Shown here one piece after another: positions 9,189 to 18,943 of a DNA stretch of 64,000 nucleotides. The stretch comes from Candidatus Woesebacteria bacterium (GTDB taxonomy: Bacteria > Patescibacteriota > Microgenomatia > UBA8517). The notes beneath the pieces were generated by a model. It was not told the origin of the DNA. It did not search any database and was given only the letters and a program-made list of their open reading frames with translations. The stretch spans positions 787,865 to 851,864 of the forward strand of contig OY970314.1 of assembly GCA_963716475.1 (NCBI GenBank), given 5' to 3'. The position numbers and the translations under genes are program-made. Within the stretch, counting starts at the first letter, position 1. Each line of letters starts with the position of its first letter.

Positions 9189-10714
9189 TACACTGTGTAT
9201 GGACCACTTCTCAAAATCTTGGTAAATCTTGAGTCATTTTTGCCTATAGAATAATCAATCAGGTAATATCCAGTAGAATCTGAATTTTTATCGATATCTC
9301 TATTGATTTCGTAAACGTTTACAACTACATACCAGGCCGCCCAATCCAAAGCAAAGTTTTTAGGGTTCGTCTCATCACTACTTACGACAAACCTATTAAA
9401 TCCTTTTGAGCCAGAATCTTTGATAATAAAATCAATAGAGTTTTTAAGAAAATTATATTGAGTATCAGAATAAGTGCTCAGATGGCCGTTTGTAAAATTA
9501 TAGTTTTTGATAAAAATCTCATATCTGAAAACAAACACCGCCCAAAACACGGCAACTAGAATAGGTAGGGCTATAAATATCCTACCCTTTAGAATTGTTG
9601 AAATGTCGTTGGCAAAGATTCCCCATAGCAAAGCAAATGATGGCAAACTTATTAAAAAATATCTTGGTATCGGGGGAACGTTAGGTAACCTAACCAAAAC
9701 AAGAAAAAAGAGGGGGGAAATTGCCCAAAGAAAAATTGTTGCCCGTAGCATCTTTTTCTCTTTGCGTATAAATATTGCCAAGAAACTATAGACCAATACC
9801 AAAAAGTTCAAGAAAATAATTGGTAACCGAAAACTTGTTAACAACGCATTATCTTTCTCAAAATCGGTGTTTCCATATCCCAACTGGTACTCAAAACTAT
9901 TTCCAGACAACACCGATATCAAACCTATAGAAATAGTCTTAATTCTTGAAAAATAATCATCCCTTCCTTCAACCAGTTGGGTTTTAATGTTTTCATTATC
10001 ATTGAGTAGATAATTCTGAAGATTAAAGTTGTAAAAATATGGAACTGTTAATAACAGCGATGTGACTATACCAATAATCAAATATCTATTGATGAGCTTA
10101 AATTTGATAGATGCAAATAGAGAGACCGCACTAATCAAAACAAACGAAATCGAATGAACGTAAAGTTCAACCAAAAAAACCCAAGAAAAAATTGTCAATG
10201 CCAACCAAAATGAGTTGGGTTTTCGAAGAGTCATAAAAAACAACACCATAGAGATAGCAATAAGTGAGACGACTGCGGTCGGCTGATATATCATTCTGGA
10301 AAAAATGTACCACCAGGGGTGTGTGGCAAGCAGTAAACCTGCCACCAAACCTGCCACCTTAGAAAAATATTTTTGGCCTAGATATATTACAAGAACTACG
10401 CTAACCAAATTGAAAATTGCAATCATGTTTGACACTAAGAGAGGGTTTCTGCTTACAAGAAAGAATGGAGCATAAAAAAAGAACAGTGAAGGTCCCCAAG
10501 AAATGTTCCCCCAAGGACTTTTTTCGGCAAATTTTTGTGTATCAATTAATTTCCCATTATCTATATATTGGATAATCCTTGTAGCCAATCTCGGTTGGTC
10601 ATAACCAAACTCAATAGTGTCAAAATGTGACAATCTTAAAAATAGATAAATTGCACAAATTACCGTCGCTACAAAAAAGAACAAGTACTTTGTTACTGAA
10701 GATTTTTGAACCAT
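9170..10714 (-). CDS. GT-C family glycosyltransferase (ArnT/PMT-like) membrane protein.
   Basis: The 514-aa polytopic protein has an N-terminal TM followed by an extracytoplasmic loop, FGYDQPRLATRIIQYIDNGKL, with the same architecture as the neighbouring GT-C genes. Confidence 0.55.
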   Translation of the reverse strand: MVQKSSVTKYLFFFVATVICAIYLFLRLSHFDTIEFGYDQPRLATRIIQYIDNGKLIDTQKFAEKSPWGNISWGPSLFFFYAPFFLVSRNPLLVSNMIAIFNLVSVVLVIYLGQKYFSKVAGLVAGLLLATHPWWYIFSRMIYQPTAVVSLIAISMVLFFMTLRKPNSFWLALTIFSWVFLVELYVHSISFVLISAVSLFASIKFKLINRYLIIGIVTSLLLTVPYFYNFNLQNYLLNDNENIKTQLVEGRDDYFSRIKTISIGLISVLSGNSFEYQLGYGNTDFEKDNALLTSFRLPIIFLNFLVLVYSFLAIFIRKEKKMLRATIFLWAISPLFFLVLVRLPNVPPIPRYFLISLPSFALLWGIFANDISTILKGRIFIALPILVAVFWAVFVFRYEIFIKNYNFTNGHLSTYSDTQYNFLKNSIDFIIKDSGSKGFNRFVVSSDETNPKNFALDWAAWYVVVNVYEINRDIDKNSDSTGYYLIDYSIGKNDSRFTKILRSGPYTVYQFTDR

Positions 10715-11775
10715 TTATTAATTTCTTCCCATTTTCCGTTACCTAGTTTGGGTATTAAAACATATTGTTTGTCATACGTTAGCGAAATGGGTGGGTTTGC
10801 AAGAAGATCTGTAGATAGAACCCTCGAATTCATATTATTTCTGGATCCGAGAGCAGCCTTTGCCAGTGCTCCGATGGCGGTTGGATCTAAATCTGTTTCG
10901 ACTGATGCTTTAACCGCCCTGAGAATTCTATAATCTTTAATCGGATTGATAACTGTACCAAAAGAAAGAACTCTTTTACTTATCGCCGAAATTATTTTTT
11001 GCTGTCTCGCCGACCTTGCAAAATCAGTATTTTCTCCGTTATCTCCTTCGCGCGACCTGGCAAATTCAAGCGCCGTCGCCCCACCCATATGGATTAAGCC
11101 CTGGTCAAAATGTATAGTTTTATAGCGGCAGGCGAACGTCAGGTCACCACCACAGGCATCATTTTCCCTGCCGGCAATTGGATACTTGGTATCCGTAAAA
11201 CTATTTTCGACAGAGACATCAATCCCTCCGATAGTATCTATAATATCCTGAAACCCGGAAAAATCGATTACCATAGCATAGTCAACCGGCTGCCCCGTAA
11301 CCTCGGATGCAACTTGCTTAGCAAAGTTTAGGCCTCCTCCACGCTCAGGCTGTAAATTACCCCAGTAGTAGGCACTATTTATCTTGGCTCTGATTTCCGG
11401 TATCCAGATATCTCTAGGAACTGAGACCAATGTTATCGAGTGGTTTATCAAAGAAATCGAAGCAAAAATCATAGTGTCTGTCAGATCTCCTCCTTCGTGT
11501 CCCTTTCCCCCTATCCCTAGAATTAATACATTTACTCTTCCGTTTTCGGATTTAACTGCCGTGGCGTTGGAAAAAAGAAAGCTTTTAACCACCTCCTGAT
11601 ACCCTGTCACACCTGCACTTTTAAAAATTGCGTTCGCTGCAACAAATGGAAGAAGCAGTACCAGAGCCACAACTAAGACGATCCCGAACCAAACCGACGA
11701 TTTATGCCGTCGAGGCAAATCATGCCGTTGGGACACCTCCTTCGGGGTGATAGAATTGATTTGTTCTTTTTCCAT
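10693..11775 (-). CDS. LCP (LytR-CpsA-Psr) family cell-wall glycopolymer ligase.
   Basis: LCP-domain motifs are present: VLILGIGGKGHEGGDLTDTMIFASI...SVPRDIWIPEIRAKINSAYYWG...VDYAMVIDFSGFQDIIDTIGGIDV. The ORF track starts it at 11877; the internal Met at 11775 gives a short cytoplasmic tail plus TM and abuts the pcrA start. Confidence 0.8.
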   Translation of the reverse strand: MEKEQINSITPKEVSQRHDLPRRHKSSVWFGIVLVVALVLLLPFVAANAIFKSAGVTGYQEVVKSFLFSNATAVKSENGRVNVLILGIGGKGHEGGDLTDTMIFASISLINHSITLVSVPRDIWIPEIRAKINSAYYWGNLQPERGGGLNFAKQVASEVTGQPVDYAMVIDFSGFQDIIDTIGGIDVSVENSFTDTKYPIAGRENDACGGDLTFACRYKTIHFDQGLIHMGGATALEFARSREGDNGENTDFARSARQQKIISAISKRVLSFGTVINPIKDYRILRAVKASVETDLDPTAIGALAKAALGSRNNMNSRVLSTDLLANPPISLTYDKQYVLIPKLGNGKWEEINKWFKNLQ

Positions 11776-11776
11776 T

Positions 11777-13624
11777 ATGTCTATTCTATCCGATCTTAAC
11801 CCCGAACAAAAGGCTGCCGTAACATATAACGGTGGGCCTCTTTTGGTTTTAGCAGGCGCCGGGTCCGGAAAAACCAAAGTATTGACCCACCGCGTGGCCT
11901 ATTTTATTGAGCAGGGCTTAATCAAATCTGAAAACGCCCTTCTTTTAACCTTCACCAATAAAGCCGCAAACGAGATGAAGGAAAGAATTTCGGGTCTTAC
12001 CAAGGGAAATACTCCAATGACCGGAACTTTCCATTCTTTCTGTGCCAAGGTGCTTAGGATCGACGGAAGACACATTGGGATCCCCGTAAATTTTATAATA
12101 TATGATGAACAGGATCAGAAGGACGCGGTAAAGCAAATTCTTGAAGGAGCGGATATATCAACCGACCAGTACAACCCGGCGTCAATCTTAAACGGCATAA
12201 GCGAAGCCAAAAATCAAATGCTGACCCCCGAGGAATATAAAGATTTCGTCCGGGGTGAATGGCAGGAGGTTGTCGCCAGGGTTTACCCTGAATATGAAAA
12301 AATGCTCAAAGAAATCGGAGCACTGGATTTTGACGACCTTTTAATTAAAACTGTCGAGCTTTTCAAAAAAGTGCCGGAGGTTTTGGAAAAATGGCAAAGA
12401 ACACTTACTCACATTTTTGTCGATGAATGGCAAGATACAAATAAAATCCAGTACACGCTGACAAAACTTTTGGTCGGCAAACGTAAAAACATTACTGCGG
12501 TCGGGGATGCTTCCCAATCTATATACTCATGGCGCGGCGCGGACTTTAGGAATATTAATTATCTGATCCGCGATTACCCTGATATAAAAGTGCTTAATTT
12601 GGAGCAAAACTACCGCTCAACCCAAAATATTCTCGACGCCGCTAACCTGGTCATTTCTAAAAACACCACTCATCCGATTTTGAAACTTTGGACTCAAAAA
12701 GCAGCCGGAGCAAAAATCAAACTTTATGCTGCCAGAAACGGTTTCGACGAAGCGGATTTTGTGGTCGATGAAATCAACTGTCTGGGAAAATATTCCGACG
12801 TCGCGGTTTTATACCGCACCAATGCTCAGTCACGGGTACTCGAAGAGGCACTTCTTCACGCCGGAATTCCCTATGTATTGGTGGGTGGAGTAAGGTTTTA
12901 CGACCGGAAAGAAATTAAGGACGTAGTTTCTTACATTAAATTTCTGGTTAACCCCAAGGATTCCGTTTCCAAAAAAAGAATCGAAAAAATCGGCCTCAGG
13001 CGCTTTGAAAAATTGAAGGAAATGGCCTCGATCGATGGAATGACAACTCTTGATATTTTGGATGCCGTCATTCAAAAAACCGATTATCTGGCTCTTTTCC
13101 AAAAAGAATCCGAGGAAAACCTGGCCCGGCTGGAAAACCTGAAAGAACTAAGGTCTGTTGCAACGGAATTTCCCAACATTAATGATTTTTTGGAAAATGT
13201 AGCCTTGGTTGAAGCTGGTCCCAGAAATAAAACCAAAAATGCGGTAACACTCATGACCCTCCACGCCGCCAAGGGCCTTGAATTCCCGATTGTTTTTATT
13301 GTCGGAATGGAAGAAGGACTCTTTCCCCATTCCCGATCCTTAATGGATACAAATCAACTGGAAGAGGAGAGACGTCTTGCTTACGTTGGAATAACTCGGG
13401 CCAAAGAAATAATTTATCTAACTTACGCAAGTTCCCGTCTTTATTTCGGGGAAAGAATAAGTAACCCCCCCAGCCGGTTCATAATGGATATCCCCGAGAA
13501 CCTCATCGAAAATCTCGGATCAAATAGTTTTTCGAAACCGGATGGTCTAAAATTGGATTCAGCTGATGATATTAAAGGAACTTTCGACGATATCATTGAA
13601 AAATACCTGGAACATGATAACTAA
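11777..13624 (+). CDS. pcrA: ATP-dependent DNA helicase of the UvrD/PcrA family.
   Basis: Seen motifs are LNPEQKAAVTYNGGPLLVLAGAGSGKTKVLTHR (Walker A), DEWQDTN and LEQNYRST. The ORF-track start 11747 is upstream; MSILSDLNPEQ at 11777 matches the usual PcrA N-terminus. Confidence 0.85.
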   Translation: MSILSDLNPEQKAAVTYNGGPLLVLAGAGSGKTKVLTHRVAYFIEQGLIKSENALLLTFTNKAANEMKERISGLTKGNTPMTGTFHSFCAKVLRIDGRHIGIPVNFIIYDEQDQKDAVKQILEGADISTDQYNPASILNGISEAKNQMLTPEEYKDFVRGEWQEVVARVYPEYEKMLKEIGALDFDDLLIKTVELFKKVPEVLEKWQRTLTHIFVDEWQDTNKIQYTLTKLLVGKRKNITAVGDASQSIYSWRGADFRNINYLIRDYPDIKVLNLEQNYRSTQNILDAANLVISKNTTHPILKLWTQKAAGAKIKLYAARNGFDEADFVVDEINCLGKYSDVAVLYRTNAQSRVLEEALLHAGIPYVLVGGVRFYDRKEIKDVVSYIKFLVNPKDSVSKKRIEKIGLRRFEKLKEMASIDGMTTLDILDAVIQKTDYLALFQKESEENLARLENLKELRSVATEFPNINDFLENVALVEAGPRNKTKNAVTLMTLHAAKGLEFPIVFIVGMEEGLFPHSRSLMDTNQLEEERRLAYVGITRAKEIIYLTYASSRLYFGERISNPPSRFIMDIPENLIENLGSNSFSKPDGLKLDSADDIKGTFDDIIEKYLEHDN

Positions 13625-14564
13625 TAATTTGGACAGGATTTCCACACACCCTCTGCAAACCTCTGCATGGGCAGAGTTTAGACGAAGGTGGGGAAACGAA
13701 GTTCTCGAGACAAAATACGGAGTTCTAACTCTACACAAACTCCCCTTCACCAATTACAAAATTGCGATGTTTGAAAAGGGGCCGATTCCGACAAAAGCAA
13801 TGCTCGAGGACCTGAGAAAAATCGGAAAAGAAAATGATTTAGTCTTCATTAAGCTGGAGCCAAATTGCATCAAATCCGATGAATTATCCAAATTGGTCCA
13901 ATCGGAAGGTGCCATTGCCGGTCATAGGCTATTTACTCCAACAACTTTCTGGATCGATTTAACCCCAAGCGAAGAGGAATTGATGAAAAGTTTCTCCGGT
14001 AAGACCCGGTATAACATCCGCCTGGCCCAAAAGAAGGGTGTCATTGTTAAAGAAGACAATTCAGATAAGGCTTTTGATAAATATTTAGAATTAACCCGCG
14101 AAACAATCACCCGTCAGGGATTTTACGCACACACTGAAAAATATCACCGCCTGATGTGGAACGCCCTCAAAAAAGCCGGAATTGCACATCTCATGACAGC
14201 CACATATCAGGGTGAAATCATAACCACCTGGATAGTTTTTGCTTGGAAAAATTTTCTTTATTACCCGTACGGTGCCTCAACCGAAAAACACAAAGAAGTT
14301 ATGGCCAATAATTTGATTATGTGGGAGGCAATAAAATTCGGTAAAAAACTGGGGCTTGCCACATTCGATCTTTGGGGGAGAGAAGAGGGCAAAGGTTTTA
14401 CAAGATTCAAGGAAGGTTATAACCCCAAAGTAATTGAATTTTTGGGAACCTGGGACCTTGTAATTAATAAGCCGCTCTATGTACTCTACAAATTGGCGGA
14501 GTGGATCCGCTGGCCGACTCTCAAAATCGCCGCCACATTTGGTCTTTCCAAACACAGATTTTAA
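13614..14564 (+). CDS. FemAB-family aminoacyl-tRNA-dependent peptidyltransferase (peptidoglycan interpeptide-bridge formation).
   Basis: FemAB pattern ...TSAWAEFRRRWG...RYNIRLAQKKGV...YQGEIITTWIVFAWKNFLYYPYGAS...NNLIMWEAIKFGKKLGLATFDLWG. The ORF-track start is 13566; the internal Met is at 13614. Confidence 0.7.
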   Translation: MITNNLDRISTHPLQTSAWAEFRRRWGNEVLETKYGVLTLHKLPFTNYKIAMFEKGPIPTKAMLEDLRKIGKENDLVFIKLEPNCIKSDELSKLVQSEGAIAGHRLFTPTTFWIDLTPSEEELMKSFSGKTRYNIRLAQKKGVIVKEDNSDKAFDKYLELTRETITRQGFYAHTEKYHRLMWNALKKAGIAHLMTATYQGEIITTWIVFAWKNFLYYPYGASTEKHKEVMANNLIMWEAIKFGKKLGLATFDLWGREEGKGFTRFKEGYNPKVIEFLGTWDLVINKPLYVLYKLAEWIRWPTLKIAATFGLSKHRF

Positions 14565-14565
14565 A

Positions 14566-15420
14566 ATGGTAGATATTCGCCAATCTATTCACTATGCCAA
14601 TTATCTTAAGCGTGAAGGATGGATTGTCGAGAGAATCGGAGAGATTAACTACTTCATCAGAAAATTTCCATTGGCGGGTTCATTACTAAAAATACAAAGG
14701 CCTGAAGAAATCAACTACGACATAATTAACAAATTATACCGAAAATACCGCGTTTTTCAGGTTGTTCTCGAACCAAAACTAGCCTCCGTCATCAGCACCA
14801 CCGATAGTCATAATCCAATACTACAACACGGGTTTAAATTGTCAAAAAATCCTTATTTACCCTCAAAAACACTCCAAATTGACCTGACTCAGACACAAAA
14901 AGATATTTTTGAGCATTTTAAGAAGGATGCCCGATACGCGGTCAAGAGGGGAGAGGCCACAAATACTAAATCCTACTCGACCCCCGATGAAATTAGAAAG
15001 TGGCGCGAGGCGTGGAAAAAATCCGTTAAATATAATCGTTATGTACCGTCTGCCGAACAATTAATTAATTTACGCAAAAGTTTTCCCAGTAGTTACTCCC
15101 TTTTCCTTGCGTCGCACAATATATCTGGCAGAATTATAGGTGGAGTGCTTTTCACGCGATCTTTACACGATTTTGCTTACTACTGGTACGGATTTACAAA
15201 TGACGAGGGTCGTACTTCCCTCTCCCAGTACTCACTCCTCTATCAAGGAATACTATGGGCTAAAAAACTGGGCTGTAAGATTTTTGATTTCGAAGGAGTT
15301 TATGATCCCCGCTTCCCCAATAAGAGCTGGCTCGGTTTTTCCCATTTCAAGAAAAGTTTCGGTGGTTATGAAGTTCTCTATCCCGGCTGCTATACTAAGT
15401 TTATATTCCCTTTTATATGA
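14566..15420 (+). CDS. Second FemAB-family peptidyltransferase, tandem paralog.
   Basis: MVDIRQSIHYANYLKREGW...ARYAVKRGE...ISGRIIGGVLFTRSLHDFAYYWYGFTN...ILWAKKLGCKIFDFEGV. ATG 14566 lies 1 nt after the upstream stop. Confidence 0.7.
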   Translation: MVDIRQSIHYANYLKREGWIVERIGEINYFIRKFPLAGSLLKIQRPEEINYDIINKLYRKYRVFQVVLEPKLASVISTTDSHNPILQHGFKLSKNPYLPSKTLQIDLTQTQKDIFEHFKKDARYAVKRGEATNTKSYSTPDEIRKWREAWKKSVKYNRYVPSAEQLINLRKSFPSSYSLFLASHNISGRIIGGVLFTRSLHDFAYYWYGFTNDEGRTSLSQYSLLYQGILWAKKLGCKIFDFEGVYDPRFPNKSWLGFSHFKKSFGGYEVLYPGCYTKFIFPFI

Positions 15421-15701
15421 ATCTTGCCAAATATTTATCCCTCGGGATAATTTTTACATTGCTCGGTTATGCTATCGGTTATAAACTAGCTTCAACTCTG
15501 TTTAATCTGGAAAATAAAATCAAAAAAATGGTAAATATAAAAAGATTCCACGTCCATCACGATTTTTTTGGACTGTTTCTAATCCTCACTGCCACATTTT
15601 TAGCTAACTTATTTTGGCAGATTGCGGTGGCTGGAATAGGATTTGGTTTATTTATCCATCACACGACAACTGAGGGATTTAAGTTTATTACGAAAAATTA
15701 A
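15417..15701 (+). CDS. Small membrane protein (2-3 TM) with His-rich loops (HVHHD, HHTT).
   Basis: The 94-aa hydrophobic ORF overlaps the upstream stop by 4 nt. Confidence 0.3.
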   Translation: MNLAKYLSLGIIFTLLGYAIGYKLASTLFNLENKIKKMVNIKRFHVHHDFFGLFLILTATFLANLFWQIAVAGIGFGLFIHHTTTEGFKFITKN

Positions 15702-16027
15702 TGAAGGCGATTTCCCTTAAGCAACCCTGGGCTAATCTGGTGGCGTCAGGCAAGAAAACTATTGAAACCAGAAAGTGGTCCACGAGTTATCGCGGCGATC
15801 TGGTAATTTGTTCCTCGCAAAATCCAAAAATTGAACCTTACGGCAAAGCACTTTGTATTGTAGAGCTTTATGACATTGGGCCGATGGAAAAGAAACACGA
15901 AAAAAATGCCTGCATTAAAGTTTATCCCAAGGCTAAGTCTTGGTTTCTGAGAAACTTGCGCCAGGTAAACCCCCCAGTTCCTGTCAAAGGAAACTTGGGG
16001 ATATTTGACTTGAAGTTACCCCTCTGA
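15701..16027 (+). CDS. ASCH (PUA-like) domain protein.
   Basis: The N-terminal MKAISLKQPWANLVASGKKTIETRKW motif is characteristic of ASCH/YqfB-like domains. Confidence 0.5.
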   Translation: MKAISLKQPWANLVASGKKTIETRKWSTSYRGDLVICSSQNPKIEPYGKALCIVELYDIGPMEKKHEKNACIKVYPKAKSWFLRNLRQVNPPVPVKGNLGIFDLKLPL

Positions 16028-18943
16028 TTTACAAAACAGCGAGAACTCGCAACCCATTTGGCAGAACATATGATTGCTGCATTTAAAGTCGGATTTTTCT
16101 ATTTCGTCCCGAACTTTGATAATTTCGGTAACCGCGTCCTCCAACTGTTTCGAGGTTCTGGTTGTAGAAATTTTTTCCTGTTCGTCCAGATAATATAAAG
16201 AAAGCTTTACTTTTTCCGGAGCTTTTCCAAAAGGTGTTGTCGGAATCTTTGTTGCAGCAAGTGCGTAGAAAGAAAGCTGTAAGTTTATATCAACCTCTCT
16301 TTGGGTTGGAATTGTTGCGCCGGTTTTGTAGTCGATAATTTCTATTTCACCGTCGCCCAAATCGTCAACCCTGTCCACTCTTCCCCCAATCTTAAGATCT
16401 TTGCCAATAGGAACAGTGAACGGTTGTTCCAATGCAACCGGTAATATTTTGGGGTTAAATCCGTATTTTAGAAAACCCGCCAGATAATCTTTGCCCTTTT
16501 GCAAAAAATCCGATTCGTGTTTTTTGCCTTTATAACCTTCCCGGACCCAATTTTTATCGAGCAGACCAAACATTAATGACTCCGTTGGTTTTGATCCGGA
16601 AGCAACTTCCTCATAAAAACCTTTCAGGGTGGCATGGATTGCGGTTCCAAAACTTGCAGAGCCAGATGGCGGAGTCGGAACTTTATAAATATAACGTAGT
16701 TTGTAATGCAACGGACAAGTTTGGAAAGTTTCGATCTGGGAATAGGATAAATAATCAATATGCAAAGGTTCGCTTTCCGCCGTCTTGGTAGCTTTTATCG
16801 GTTTGTATTCAAGAAAAGACAATTGGTCAACTTTGGGCAACATTTTCTCGCTTGACACGGCTTTATCTCCCAAGGATTCGAAAATAAACGGCGAAAGTTT
16901 TTTCTCACGCCTTCCTTCTCCATAATAATCAGCAGCAGTCAAAATCAATTTTTCTTTTGCTCTGGTCATTCCCACATAAAATAGCCGGCGCTCTTCTTCA
17001 AGGTGATAATCCCCCACCGGCAAAATTTCTTTGATGAGGGCATCCGGAATCGGGATTTGCTCCCGCCTTTCCATCGTCGGAAATCTTTGCCCGACCAAGT
17101 TAACAATAAAAACCACCGGGAACTCCAATCCCTTGGCGGAATGCACAGTCAAAATATTAACGGCGTTGATCTCTGTCCAATCTTCATTTGTTGCCAACGG
17201 GGATTCCCCAAGCTCCATTGAAAGATCCAGCCAATCGGTAACCGCCGAGACAGTAGCATCCTCATGATCAACCTCATAAGTTTTAAGTTTATCGAAAAAT
17301 TTGGAGATATTTTTAGCCTCATTTTCCGCTTCTACGGACTCCGGAGATAAAAGTTTTTGAAGAAGTCCCGTCTCCTCCAGGAAATAATATAGCAGTTGCC
17401 CCGCTGTCTCCTTTTTGACCATATTAAGGTGTTTTCCGATTATTCCGAGTAATTTATGTACCGTTTCTTTTGCCTTTTGGGTTACAAAAATGTCATCAAT
17501 TTTTTCCGCAGATTCGAATAAACTCAGATTATATTTTCTCGCATAGTTTCCAATCGCCGCTAAGTCGCGCCCAGGGATATCAAAATAATCAATAGAAAGG
17601 ATTCTATAAAACGCGACCGAATCGGAAAAATCGTAAAGGACTTTAAGATATGAAATAAGATCAACTATTTCGGGTTGTTTGAAAAGTCTACCCGGACCCA
17701 AAAATTGATAAGGAATGCCGTTTCGCCCCAGAGCTCTCCCGATCGGTTCGGAATGATTATTGGCCCGAACAAGGATTGCAAAATCTTTATATGCATACTT
17801 GTCCTGAGCAATTAGTCGAAGGATTTCCTTGGCAATCCGGTCGGATTCATTTTCGACTCGATCCGAGTGGATAAAACTTATTTCGGTTCCGTCTTTGGAT
17901 GTTTGCGACTTCAACCTCTTGTCGATTTTCTCAACAACTTCCAACCGGTCCGGATTATTAAATTGAATAAGGTCGTAGCTCCTGTCCAAAATTTCCTGTG
18001 TACTTCTGTAGTTTTTTGTCAAAACTATAACTTTAGTTTTAGGAAAATTTTTTCTGAACTGAATAATATTACTTACCGCAGCGCCTCTAAACCTGTAAAT
18101 TGATTGGTCGTCATCCCCTACTACATTTATATTTCCTGTTTTTCCCACAAGAAGTTTGGTTAATTCGTTTTGGGCATAGTTTGTATCCTGAAACTCATCG
18201 ACAAGAAGATTTTTAAATTGTTTTTGATATTCTTTCAAAATATTAGGACGGTCTCTGAAAAGTTTAAGGGTCTTAACGATTAAATCCCCAAAATCCATTA
18301 AGCCTTCTTTCACTTTTATCTCGTCGTAAGCCTTATAAGCCTTGGAAAGTTCATGCCATTTTTCAATTTCAATTTTTTCTTCGTCTACTACCGCTTTTTG
18401 TTTTTTAACCCATTCCACATAATCATTTGGAGAAACGTCCTCATCCTGGAGACGAGAGAAATGCTGCAACATTCCGCTTAAAAATTTGGTCGGATTTCCC
18501 AGAGGACGGAAATAATTGAGTTCCAGTTTAAAAATATTGTTTCTTAAGAGTTGAATCGCCTCTGCTTCCGTCATTAATTTATATCTGGGGTCAAGCCCAA
18601 TATGAAGCGCCTCGCGTCGAAGTATCCGGTCGCAGAAGGAATGGAAGGTCATAATCCACATTTGCGTGTAACCGTAAGGCATAGCTACATCCACCCTCTC
18701 CTCCATTTCTCTTGCAGCTTTCTCGGTAAAAGTTAAGGCCAAGATTTCCGAGGGTTTTACCTTTTTGGATAGAATCAAATACTTAATCCTCTCGGTGATA
18801 ACTGTCGTCTTTCCTGTACCAGCTCCTGCGATAATAAGAAGCGGGCCGTTGCCAAATTTAATCGCATCCAATTGCTCTCTATTTAATTTAAGGTTTGAAG
18901 TTTTATCTATCATCCAACTCTTTCTTTTTTGCACTTCCACCAA
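16016..18943 (-). CDS. UvrD-type superfamily-1 helicase fused to a C-terminal RecB/Cas4-like PD-(D/E)xK nuclease, with a 4-Cys (Fe-S-type) cluster.
   Basis: The N-terminus has LNREQLDAIKFGNGPLLIIAGAGTGKTTVITER, DEFQDTN and KNYRST. The C-terminus has QTCPLHYKLRY...GGRVDRVDDLGDGEIEIIDYKTGA (nuclease motifs) and CSNHMFCQMGCEFSLFC. Confidence 0.75.
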   Translation of the reverse strand: MVEVQKRKSWMIDKTSNLKLNREQLDAIKFGNGPLLIIAGAGTGKTTVITERIKYLILSKKVKPSEILALTFTEKAAREMEERVDVAMPYGYTQMWIMTFHSFCDRILRREALHIGLDPRYKLMTEAEAIQLLRNNIFKLELNYFRPLGNPTKFLSGMLQHFSRLQDEDVSPNDYVEWVKKQKAVVDEEKIEIEKWHELSKAYKAYDEIKVKEGLMDFGDLIVKTLKLFRDRPNILKEYQKQFKNLLVDEFQDTNYAQNELTKLLVGKTGNINVVGDDDQSIYRFRGAAVSNIIQFRKNFPKTKVIVLTKNYRSTQEILDRSYDLIQFNNPDRLEVVEKIDKRLKSQTSKDGTEISFIHSDRVENESDRIAKEILRLIAQDKYAYKDFAILVRANNHSEPIGRALGRNGIPYQFLGPGRLFKQPEIVDLISYLKVLYDFSDSVAFYRILSIDYFDIPGRDLAAIGNYARKYNLSLFESAEKIDDIFVTQKAKETVHKLLGIIGKHLNMVKKETAGQLLYYFLEETGLLQKLLSPESVEAENEAKNISKFFDKLKTYEVDHEDATVSAVTDWLDLSMELGESPLATNEDWTEINAVNILTVHSAKGLEFPVVFIVNLVGQRFPTMERREQIPIPDALIKEILPVGDYHLEEERRLFYVGMTRAKEKLILTAADYYGEGRREKKLSPFIFESLGDKAVSSEKMLPKVDQLSFLEYKPIKATKTAESEPLHIDYLSYSQIETFQTCPLHYKLRYIYKVPTPPSGSASFGTAIHATLKGFYEEVASGSKPTESLMFGLLDKNWVREGYKGKKHESDFLQKGKDYLAGFLKYGFNPKILPVALEQPFTVPIGKDLKIGGRVDRVDDLGDGEIEIIDYKTGATIPTQREVDINLQLSFYALAATKIPTTPFGKAPEKVKLSLYYLDEQEKISTTRTSKQLEDAVTEIIKVRDEIEKSDFKCSNHMFCQMGCEFSLFCKSEG

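Noticed and set aside
14277-15484. ORFs overlapping the FemAB genes (14277..14555 minus, 14863..15060 minus, 15140..15484 plus)
   Set aside because: They are out-of-frame or antisense to two well-supported FemAB-family genes. They have no motifs.
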